A stretch of DNA of 64,000 bases from Chrysomallon squamiferum (taxonomy: Eukaryota > Animalia > Mollusca). Below the pieces are notes generated by a model. The model ran no database searches. It was not told where the DNA came from and worked only from the letters and a program-made list of their open reading frames with translations. This document shows, in pieces, positions 13,432 through 24,900 of the stretch. Positions within the stretch are counted from its first letter, which is position 1; each line of letters starts with the position of its first letter. The translations under genes were made by a program, and so were the position numbers. The stretch is taken from contig CM022670.1 of assembly GCA_012295275.1 (NCBI GenBank), positions 29,264,001-29,328,000 of the forward strand, written 5' to 3'.

Positions 13432-14416
13432 TTAACCTAAAGGTTATACATATTGAACATTTGCAGTTCATTGTTTTTTAATGAAGCTTAAAAAATACAT
13501 TATACAAGACTATCAATACAAGAGTAATATTTAATTATTGTTAAATTCATTGTTGCTGTATAAAATGTGACTGTGAGAAGATAGGCTGGTATATTGTTTT
13601 AATTTCAGTCCTCTGCCACCAGATGAATTGTCAGCTATTATTTACAGTGCCTGTGGTACAGATACCAGCAGTGCTTCTCTAACACAAGTGAATTTAATGA
13701 TTTTTTTAATTTATTATTATTTTGCTTAAAAACTAAAATCTTATTTATCATATCTGTAATTATTTGGGAGAATGTGATGTTATCTTTATAAATGTATGCT
13801 AGGCTCTGCATTATGGAATAGCTGAATTTTCTTTGTTAAAATTTACTTTTAAAAATATATATATTTTTTTTTATTGTGAATTAATGTTTGTGTATGAAGT
13901 AATTTGAAGTGTGTGTGGGTGTGTGTGCATGTGTGTTCATGTGTCTATTTGAAAGGACATAGAGGGTCATAGCAATGCATGGGTAGATAGACATATTATT
14001 GCTTCTAATCTTGGAATCTTGAAATGGAACAACACATTAATTTCATGGTTTATTATAATTTATTTACTTTTCTTTTTATTTATATGAAAAATGAAGGAAC
14101 TGTTGATCTACCTAGCTATGTTTATACGGACAGAACCTAAATTATTTCAAGAAATGCTGCGACTCAGAGTTGGTCTCATCATTCAGGTCATGGCTTCAGA
14201 ACTGATCAGAACACTGAACTGTTCAGGTTAGCTGAGTAAAACAGTATATTAATAAAACAATTTGAACAGAACTGATTTGCAATATTCTTATTAAATCCTG
14301 TAAACTTGAAGCTTATCTTTAACAGCTCTATGTGTGTGTCTAACTGATGCAGACATACATGCATATATGTTTCTATTTTATTAATAAATATTGAATAGTG
14401 GTTTATTAATTATTTT

Positions 14417-14460
<44 letters not shown>

Positions 14461-16305
14461 CATGCACAAACAGACAAACAAACACATTGCAGTAAAGCCA
14501 TGTGCTGATTATAATTAAATCTAAAAGTGGAGGGGTTTGTGGGGTTTTTAATTGGTGACACTATATAATTTTACATAATATAATTTTATAAATTATCATT
14601 TGTTAATAATCACAAACAGAATAAAAACAAAATTTGTATGTAATTTCTTACTCCCTAAACTGTTTTGACTGCAATATAGCACATTAATTTTTATCTCCAG
14701 TTGATGAGGCTTCTGATCATCTGCTTAATCTCAGTCCATTTGAAATGAAGACTCTCTTGCACCACATTCTCAGTGGCAAAGAGTTTGTGATAAACAAAGG
14801 TAATTCTTACTGGAATTAATTGACTTATTCTGATAATTAAAAATATTACAGAATAGTTTAAATCAAGCTAATCTTTACATGTTTTTTTTATATATATATA
14901 TTATTATTACTCTTAATATTTCATTTTTTATTTTTTATTTTTATATTGTTAATCAAAGTATAATTATGTGTTATAGTTTATTGTTAATTAAAGTAAATTA
15001 TGTGATTTAATTAGAATTATGCATCTTCCAGACATTTCTCTGTAATACTTAAATTTTTTTATTTATTATAGGATTGTTATTCTTCTGAAAGGCTTTATTT
15101 TTATTTTCATATATTTTTTTTTAAATCTGTATAATATATAATACTTTCTACAAAAATATTTTGAAATATTTGTACAGTGATGATTTTTAATTAAAATTAC
15201 AAAAAAATTAATAAAATTAATTATAACAAACACAAGATTTTGTTGCATCAATGCATGCCTGTTTTAATTATTGCTTATCATTAGTGTTTATTTCCATGCT
15301 GGCATGATGAAAATAGAGATAAATGAACCAAAAAGGAACTGCTTGAGTTTCTTTGGTATATGGGGTCGTTTCTGATTTGATTTTAGTTGTTTTACTTACC
15401 AATAGAATTTAAAAAAAAAAAAAAATTGGCCTGTTATGAATGAAATTTCTTTCTTTTTATTATTATTTTTATAATCCTTTAATATATTAAATGAAAGCTG
15501 TTTGACGTGAATTTGTAGATTTTTAATGTGAGAATATATATGCATGTGCAAAGACAAAGCAAGGATCATAACTTTCACCAGCAAATTGTTTAAAATGACA
15601 CTTATGATCCAGTTATTATTATTATTATATTTTAATTTTTTAGCCTCTTCTAATAGTTGTCTAACTTAGATAATAACGAAAAAAAAAAAAAATATATATA
15701 TTGTGCATACATCAAGATTATGTGTATTTTTTTGTGTATTTTTTTTTTTTTTAACAACAAATTAGTCATTTCAAAGGCTACTGTGTGATCAAATTTTATG
15801 CAGTTGTGACATCATTGCTTCAGACTGTTTAGCTCTGACATTTTTGTAGTGTCAATACTACACTGAAAAAAAAAAATCCCCAGTTCTTAGTCTGCCTTGT
15901 ATTCAGTTAATAATATTCGAGTTGCAAAGAAGTAGAATAACAGCATTATTAAAATATTTATTTATAGCACTATATGTTTAGTGAAAAAATTAGAAAACGT
16001 GGCTCATGGATGATTGGTAGTAATGTGGTTTTTCTACTGTTACACAACAGACAAAAAACTTAAACTTTAAAAAAAGTATTCATTGGTTCCATTCATTTCA
16101 TTTTCTTGCAATGCTTCTCTAGTATCGACAGGTCATGAAGATGATCATCACATCTCAATTCATTCTAAACGGAGCAGAGAAGAAATAAATGTATTTGCCA
16201 GGAACACAAAGGTTACAATCATTTTTATTTGAAATAAGTTAGTTGTATTCCATTAATAAGAAACTAGATGCAACAGACAGAAATGTCTCTTTACAAACTG
16301 CTTTA

Positions 16306-16362
<57 letters not shown>

Positions 16363-19161
16363 CCAGTATGAGACTATGCTTAGTCTTTGTACTGTTGCCC
16401 CAAACTGGCACAGGTAATTATTTTAAAGCTAACTGTATACAGGATATTTAATAATGTTAATATGACTGGATATATGGGCTATTGTTTCTTAAGTAAGTAT
16501 AAAAAATAATTCCTGAACCACAAAATGGATTCATTCTTCAGTGAACAATAAGAACTATCTCTAGCTGGTAAATACAAAGATGTACCTGGCCACATTACTT
16601 AGAGAGGACAGCCTGCTGAATGTGCATGTTTTTGTCAAATGTTGCTTAATAATAACAAAATAATTGAACAAAAGATCAGTGACTTAAAAATAGACTAGTG
16701 AATGAAAACTACTTAGCGAATTGTTTTTTCATTTGCTTTCTGCATAATCTGTTCTTATTAACTGGGTCTTTTTCTGAAGAGTTTATGTTGCTTATATCCA
16801 AAATATAATAGTAATGACTGTGATTTTGTAATCTGAAATATTTGCATGTAGTAACAAAGATTCATAGCATGGGTTTGAAATGCATTTACTTTTATTTTTC
16901 ATCTTGAAACTAATTAACACAAAGGAAAAAATATTAAATTCGATTCACATTTATTATTCTTAACTTAGTAATCAGAATATTAAGTTTTTAAATCAAAGTA
17001 ACACCATTGAATAATTTTTATAAACTGAAAAATAAATTTCATTTAGGTTAATGCAACTAATTTGTCTGCTGTTTTTTCAATACTTGATACAGACCATCAT
17101 AATCATTAACAAACAATTTTCTTACCATGTTTTTAAAATTAAAACATTTGGCAAATAGAGTGTTTTTTTAAATTAAATTCCTAAATTATTCAGAGTTGTT
17201 AATTTAATTGTTAACTCAGAAATGCCCTGGTTAAGTACTGGAGAACAGATTATGCAGATGTCAAGAAGAAAACATTCGGTGAGTTTTAATTTTTATTTTT
17301 TTAAATGCATTACTTAAATGGAATTGGTTTGAACTGGTTTGAGATATGATTTCTTTTTTTTTTCTGAAATATGATGAAAGTGGCTGTAACATTTAATTGT
17401 AATCAGAAATGATTCAGTAATAAAGACTAATAAGTCAGTTTAATGGACTTTATTGTGGAAAGTGAAATAAGAATATACAGAATGATTCTGTTATATGTGA
17501 ATGAAATTTGTTTAGGGTTGAATACAACTTGCAGGCTGAATGTCTTAATTTACTCAGATATTTATATCTTTTCTTTACAGAAAAAAAGTGTATAAAAACA
17601 ATTATATATAATTCAAATTCATAAATGTGTGTATGTGTGTATTTGTGTATTTTAATTTTTCCAATTTTCTGTAATTTGTGTAAGGACAATCAAACATAAT
17701 CTTTTATAGCCTGTTTTTAAAATCTTTATAGCATTACAAACAAAATAACTCATCAAATGAAAAATGATTACTGTGATTTAGATTGTACTTTCATTTTATG
17801 TAGCTTGTTGTTGGTCAGAAAGACTTGCCTCTTGAAGAATATGGGGATGACACTGTTGACAGGCAGGGCCAGTGGCTGCGAAGACGCCGCTTAGATGGAG
17901 CCCTTAATCGAGTTCCCATTGGATTTTATCCAAGAGTCTGGAAAATCTTAGAGCGGGTATGATAATGATACTTCAGCATTAACATTTCCCAAACTTGAGA
18001 GAATGTGTATATCATAAAAAAAAATGTTAGCATTAATATCATTTATCAATACTGTAATTTTAAAAGAATTTCTTCATCACATCCTTTTGTTTAAAAAAAA
18101 TGTTAATCTAATTTTATAATTTTTTCTGTTTCAGTGTCCAGGATTATCTATCAAGGATAACATTTTACATCGAGGACTTACTCAAGAGGTGGGTGCTACT
18201 TGTAAATATTTGATATCGTAACTGTTGTTTATATTTAGATGCAAATTCTTATTCTTCAGGAAAGTTTATTTTTACATGTTTTTATTGATTACATTACTTT
18301 TTTTTTTTTTTTTTCTTTTTTTTATCATTACAGTTTTATAGTTTATAATTTTTGTTACAGAATTTAAGTACCATTGAAGAGAACATTTTTGTTATTGAAA
18401 CTTAATATTTAAAATACTAACATAAACCATTTATATAAATATTGTTTCATTCCTTTTTTTAGTTATTTATTTAATATATATATATATATATATATATTTC
18501 TTTAAATTTATAATTAATTAAAATGGCTAATGGTTTATTTTATTCAGATGACTTCTGGAGAGTTCAAGTTTGCACTGCAAGTTGAGATGGTTTTGAATAA
18601 AATTCCACAACCAGAATACCGCCAGCTGATGGTTGAAGCACTGATGGTGTTGAGTGTAATGGCAGAATCTGATGGATCGCGGATAAACATGAATCATATC
18701 ATTGAGGTGGACAAACTCATCAGAGAAGCAAATGATCTCTTTATAGAAGATCAGGTATAATTTAGAATACTTGTATTGTTACAATAATTACAAGCATTTT
18801 GATAGCCTTGTTCATTTTATTCTTGTACTTGAATTAAATATTAAAATCTTTTAAAATGTTACTAATAGAGTGTGTGTATGTGTGTCTGTCTGTCTGTCTA
18901 TGTCTTGTGTGTGTGAGAAACAAATTCGATGTAACTAAATTTGTTCACTTGTTTAATACCAGAAAGTGAATTTGTCTTTTTCAGAAAATGACTACTAGAG
19001 ATGTAGCTGAATCTTGTGGTGTGAATGGTGTGAATCAGCACTTCTATGACAGTGCCCCTAGCGGCAGATTTGGGACTATGTCATATCTGTGTCGAGCACT
19101 GGCTAAAATGATGCATCTTGGTGCATCACCTACTGACAATGTAGACTGTGTCGTCAGTTGA
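1183..19161 (+). CDS. PHKA: Phosphorylase b kinase regulatory subunit alpha (PHKA1/2-like), 5' part outside window
   Basis: GT-AG exons joined in frame: [1183-1327 or 3213-3357], 4335-4410, 4902-4990, 5177-5353, (candidate microexons 5811-5855, 8303-8341, 8453-8470, 10144-10191), 11704-11893, 12543-12618, 12797-12874, 13150-13226, 13609-13687, 14097-14226, 14701-14799, (15317-15355), [16123-16211 or 17220-17278], 17804-17956, 18135-18188, 18548-18754, 18985-19161. Alpha-subunit motifs: [102 protein letters not shown]-terminal CAAX farnesylation signal CVVS then TGA. Confidence 0.96.
3213..3357 (+). CDS. PHKA: PHKA alternative exon B (mutually exclusive candidate)
   Basis: caacag|TTC...CAGTTTG|gtatgt, 145 nt, phase 0 to 1, [48 protein letters not shown]; paralogous to exon A. 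Confidence 0.88.
6783..6838. repeat. (TA)n microsatellite
   Basis: Perfect AT run; source of the spurious YIYIY ORFs. Confidence 0.95.
7332..7505. repeat. Degenerate tandem repeat, about 60-bp unit, 3 copies
   Basis: tagatagattttagacagaattatgattcttaaaaga recurs as tagatagactttaaacagaattatgattcttaaaaga, with a weaker middle copy. Confidence 0.6.
11945..12242 (+). mobile_element. Non-autonomous TcMar/pogo (Tigger4/Zombi-like) MITE in a PHKA intron
   Basis: ta|CAGGTTGAG left end; right end CAAGCATTTCAGATAAGGGATGTGCATCATG resembles the Tigger4 end CAAGCATTTCGGATAAGGGATACTCAACCTG; internal CACAGACTTTATTTTATGCACAAAA and TTTAGACTTAGGT match the recalled Tigger4b consensus. Comparison is from memory. 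Confidence 0.65.
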
Positions 19162-20379
19162 TTAGTTTCAAACATAATTCAAAAAAAAAACCAAAAACGT
19201 ATGCAGCCATGATTAACCTTGTTACATTTCTTTAAAAAAAAAGAAAGAAAGAAAAGTCATGACCAGTCAGTCAAAAAAAAAACAAAAAAAATCACATCCC
19301 AAGAAAAATTATCTGAATTTAACAACTGACCTAAGGTTTTTTTTATTTTCAGTGATGGTCTGTAATATGATACAGCTGTGATTATCTGTTTAACTTGGGG
19401 GAATTTTTTTGTCATGGTTGGATTGGAGAATTTAATCTTATTTATTAAAGAGTTTTACACATTCTGCTGGGATTATCTGCCACAAACTTCAGTTCCCCGA
19501 TTGTTTTGTTTTTAACACTAGAATGAAACTTGCATGAATTTAATAAATGCAGTATGGTTGGGGGGTTATTCTAGTTTTTTTTTTTTTATATACAGGCATA
19601 AATATATGTATAAACTGAGAAATTATCTTTAAATGAAGTGACTTTCCCAGGACAAATTAACAAGGAATAAAACTGAAAATTCTTAACTGAAAAATGGAAT
19701 GATCAAGCTTTCATTGCCACTAATATTTCAAACAAATATAGGTTGTTAATATCATACATAATTACAGTCTCATTACTATCCAGAAAGTTGTATAAGTGGT
19801 AATGTGATTTGTTTTTGCTCTGAAACACATGAAGTGTATCAAACTTGTGATTTATCTAACTTAAAAATATACATCACTGGTCTTCAAGTTATTTTAAAAA
19901 CTGACACATCATAGGTGTTATCAACTTTAAAATACTGTTTTAACTGGCACTGCAGTTCTAGCAACATCTTTGATGCTTCTTTTGAAAAAAATTCTCCTTA
20001 GAACAAAAATGTATTTAAAAAAATAGTGATCCAATTTTGGGGATCTTTTACCTTTTGTTATCCAGTAGAGGTGAATCTTTTATATACATTTTTTTTTTTA
20101 GTTACTTATTTTACTATTATTATTTTTAAAGATTTATTTATTATTTTTATTTTTTAATTTAATTTTTTTTTAATGCGGAGATTTGTATGTTGTTTGTTGG
20201 TATTCATCTTTATTTAATCTTTTGTTGTTACTTTTGATTTCTATACCTTTCTTTTTTATGTTGGATAAAAACAATGGTTTTGAAATGTACACTTTTATAT
20301 CCTTTCTAAATATGTATATCATTTATTTATTGTTTAATTTTGTTACCAAAGTTATTGAAATTGTTTAGTTTTATTTGAC

Positions 20380-20385
20380 AATAAA
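20380..20385 (+). other. Candidate PHKA polyadenylation signal
   Basis: AATAAA followed about 10-25 nt later by a G/T-rich tract (ggattgtttttgctttt), about 1.2 kb after the stop codon. Confidence 0.4.
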
Positions 20386-21909
20386 TTAACACGGATTGTT
20401 TTTGCTTTTTCATTTATTTATATAACATGCAATGAACTATCAGAAAAAAAAAAAATTATAAAAACTATTGATAAAATGATAAGATTTTCACACCTTTATT
20501 TTATTAAGAAAATATGAATAAAAATAATAGATCCTTCAACACAGACTAATTAATGTATAAATATTGTAAAACTGACAAGATATTTAGATTTTCATTTTCA
20601 AAAAAGCAAATGTACATATGTAAATATAATTTAAAAAATGGCATTAACATTTCGAAACTGTAAACTAACTTCATTTTCTCTATCACTTTTGTTTCTGAAT
20701 AGCAGATCCTATAATTGTCATATATAAATATCCATAAAACATGTATAATATAGTTTGCATAAAATTATATATAAAAAAATGGGACACAATTTTCACATCT
20801 GTTAGATAAAATATTTGAAGTTTCAGGATAAATAATTAAATAGACTTGTATTATATATATTTACACCTGCATGATAATACTGATTCTTTGTTGTTTTTCA
20901 GATAAGAATTAAAAACACATGTTGTCCAGAAATAAGGTTCTATAATCAGATCTACAAAATGAATAGAGCTTAATCTAGGGTCAAGTTCTTTATTTTAATT
21001 GTTGTTGTTTTTTTGTTATATTTTTAGAATAAATTTGTTGAGCCTAATACAGGACATCTTTCCATATTATTTTTTTTTTTAATGTTTGAAAAAGTCAATA
21101 TATTTGTAATTAAAAACAGTGGTTCTGTCCAGTAAAAATATAAAATTTAAAATATACAATTAATTTATAACCTATAGCTTCAAATATACAATTAATGTTC
21201 ATCAGTTACTTTCAAAGCTATTATACTGATATCTTTTTAATTTAAAATAATATATATATAAAAAATAATAATAATAATAATAGATGTACAAACACACCTG
21301 AGAAGAAATTAATATAAAATAAATATAATTTATAATACTCCTTTTATATATGCCAGTATTACTGAAAAAGGACATAATTATACAGGTAATTTAATTCAGA
21401 CAGCTAAAAAAACACTAAATATTTATTATTAATAATGTGTAACAAAACGAGAATTCTTATTATGCACCTTTTGTTTTTAACACTGATATTGCTGCCATTT
21501 TACATATTTTTCAAGATAGTTGTATCTTTAAAACTCATATTCTGAGACAGTATAATAAAAATTTGTATTTTTGTTTTCACAATATTCCTTCCAGTTTTCA
21601 AAAGTTGCTCTGTAATGCACAGACATAATGTAGATTAAACTCATTACAAAAATAAATAAATAAAAAAAGATCTATTTATATCAGTAATTTATGTATCGGT
21701 TATTTCTAGTTTTATATACTAGTTCACATTACAAAGCTTGTATTCTTATTTACTGAAACAGTCTGTTTCAATTTTACCCTAATGATGAGAAAAAGATGTG
21801 ATACATCCATTAACAATTTATCACTGATAAGGACCAATATAAATACATTTTCTTATTGGCTTCACAAATTATCTCACTCTACCACACAGAACACAACATA
21901 AGTCAACAA

Positions 21910-24900
21910 TCAGACAATGTTTACAGTTAGAAATTCAACTTCATGTTCATATGGAGGTTTCCGCAAGTGAAAGAACTCGAGGAAATTATTTTTCACACCC
22001 CTGTCAAATGGGTTGTAGAAGTTTCCTTTGCCATCTTTTAAATACTGGTACCGCTTTCTATTGATTCGTTCATTGGTTGTCAAGTTTACTGCAGCATGCA
22101 CAATCTGAAGAAAAATAAAACAAATTGTTTTTTTAAATACACAATATAATTAACTTTTTCACTACCAAGCAAAGTAATTTCATGTTTTTATTCAAACTAC
22201 AGAGCAAACTGAGATGGAGACCAGAGCTGTAACTATTTAATTCATCATTAGTTTTAGTTACTATCCACAGATCTCCAGAAACAGTTGTTTTACATGGATT
22301 GTTATTGCTTTTTTACTTATTTAATATGCAATTTGTGTCCGGTTGGATTTATTTTTTGGTATTAAAATATATATGTTTTAAATTTAAAAAACTCAATGCA
22401 TCAGTGCAATCATGCTGTAAAATATTAACCAGTTTTGCAAATAGTAGAAACAAAGCTGGCATATATCTACTACTAAAGAAAAACAATCTCATTTCCAAAT
22501 GTATTCAGTACTTCTGCATAACACAACATTTTTTTTCTGAATTAACAGTTTCACTGGTCTGAGTTCTGGGAGATTTATAAAAGACTTAAACATTATTTTT
22601 TTAATCATCCACTTTTTCCATTAGCTTGTTTTATATCATATTTGCACTGACTGACATCAGACAGTTCAATAATGAGGTAAAGAAACTGATCTGTTATTTT
22701 TGAGGCCAGCATTTTTAAACACAAACTAACTCTTACCACAAATCCTGCTATGTACAACGCAATGATGGTATAGAAAGCACAAAGCAGGATATAGAAATAA
22801 TAATCAGCCCTCATGACCCAGTTCTCATAGAAATGCAGTGTGTAAATTCCAAGAGTCAATGACAGTGACAAGTTAATTCCAGTAAATATCACAAACAAAG
22901 TAAATGAAATTCTGGAATGTGAAAAATAATGAGTGATGAACACGTACATGGTAGTCTTCAGCAGAAAACTATTATCATTATGATACAATATAACAAAGTT
23001 ACGTTATTGTTAAATTTTATAGTTATGGTAGCTGTTTGCAGCTTTAATCTTAATGTCAAAATACATATCTAAAACTTTGTTACACTATACACAAAATGGA
23101 CAATTTTCTGCTGACAATAACTACCATTAATAAAGTTATTTGGTTCTTTTGAGAGAAGACTGGTTCAAACATCTATTAAAAGATTTGAAAAATCAACTCA
23201 GAAATAACCATAATCACTTCAATCATACTTCTTATATATATATACACACATGTATATGTATATGTATATATATAGACCCAAAGTAACATAAAAAAAAAAA
23301 TAATCCTCAAACCAGTTATCTCTCAAAAACATCCAAATTTTTTTCAGGAATTGAAATCTTACCGTCATCCAAAACACAACAACTATAGCAAACGAGAAGA
23401 ATAGCACTTCCAGCCCCCCAATTGCAATAGCCCAGTCCCAGCTGTGCTTGGTGAGCATGTAACAACACAAGTAGTCAGTGATCAGCACTTCTATGAAGAT
23501 TGTCAGAAGAAAACCAAAGAACCATACCCTACAAATGAACAAACAAATCTTTGTCACCACTTAACTATTTAACTCCTAGACAACTTAAATACTTTTTGTT
23601 TATCAGCAGGGTCTTATTCCTTCTAAGAATAACATTAATTTCAACCCAAAAATTAACTTTACTTCTGAAATAATCCTTCAATTAAATTACTAATGGCCAT
23701 TTTTATACTAAAATATAAGTAGTTCTGAAGGCTAAAGCCTTAATAAAGTAAATATTTGCAGATTACAAGAGAATAATGTTTGATTGTCATGAATATTTTG
23801 TCTGACTTTGAATATCTAACTTTCATTTAGGTGCTTTTTATAATTATGTGCCAATATGTATTAAGGTAGACTATACTTACTTTTTAATAAAAAGTGATAG
23901 ATCCTTTGTTTTATATAATGTAACAGTTACTGAAGATCAAAATCTAAACCCTGACATCCAAGATATCTTTTAAAATCAGGTTCAGTCTAATGAATGTTTT
24001 TCTTATTAGAATTGGTTAAATGTTTATGAACTAATGTAGAACTCGATCTCAATTTACATTTAAGGCCAACTGTAGTACTAGTTGTATTGAGATAAATAAA
24101 AAGAAAAGAAAACAACCACTGCCAAAAATGAAAAGATTTTACTGTAAAAATAAATGTAGCTCCGCATTAACTGAATGATAAAAGGACAATGGGCCTAGGA
24201 GATAAAGCAACTAATAAATAGAAAATAGAAACAAGCTTACAACACACAAAGTAAGTCTTTCACTACACTAAATCGAAAGCAATTATAGGAACAATTCAAC
24301 CATTTCACAAAAAGTAGAAGAGAAGCTTTTAGTAATAAATATATCCATTTAATATATTAGACCATATATATTCAATCAGTATAAATATGTATGTATATGA
24401 AACACAGTACACACATGGTTTCAAACACAGAAAAATAAAAATAACAGTACTGATTCATGCATAGAAGAAAACTAATATACATCTTCATTCCAAAGATAAA
24501 TAACAAAAACATAAAACAGAGGCATGCATTCAGGTTTTGCAAAGTTTTCTTCTGACTAATCCTAATAGAGACTGACACCAAACTAGCCAAAGCCAAATAT
24601 ACATATGCATGTGTGACATATTATTTAATTTTAAGTTATTTATTTCAACAGACTGAAATCTATAAACATTATTAAAATTTTGCTCTGGCTTATTGATGAA
24701 TTTGCTTGTTTTTTTTTTTTTTCGCTTACTATAATCTGCCTCATTCTTTACATTGATGTTTTGAATGCAACAATTAGATACATTATAATAATCCTAAAAT
24801 GAATGCAACACAAACAGCATTAAAAAAATCAAAGGTATTTAAAAGCTCTTGTCTTCACATATAGCATCTAGATCTAAAATATTGAAGCCCATGCATTCTT

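Noticed and set aside
24050-24195. Possible decayed third copy of the DHHC TM exon (tag|G CCC ATT..., HFWQWL and FSFLAVVVFF-like peptides)
   Set aside because: In-frame stop, similarity split across frames, no phase-0 donor; T-rich DNA yields such hydrophobic peptides by chance
24372-24596. Hydrophobic 74 aa minus-strand ORF in the DHHC intron
   Set aside because: No compatible splice sites; compositional artefact
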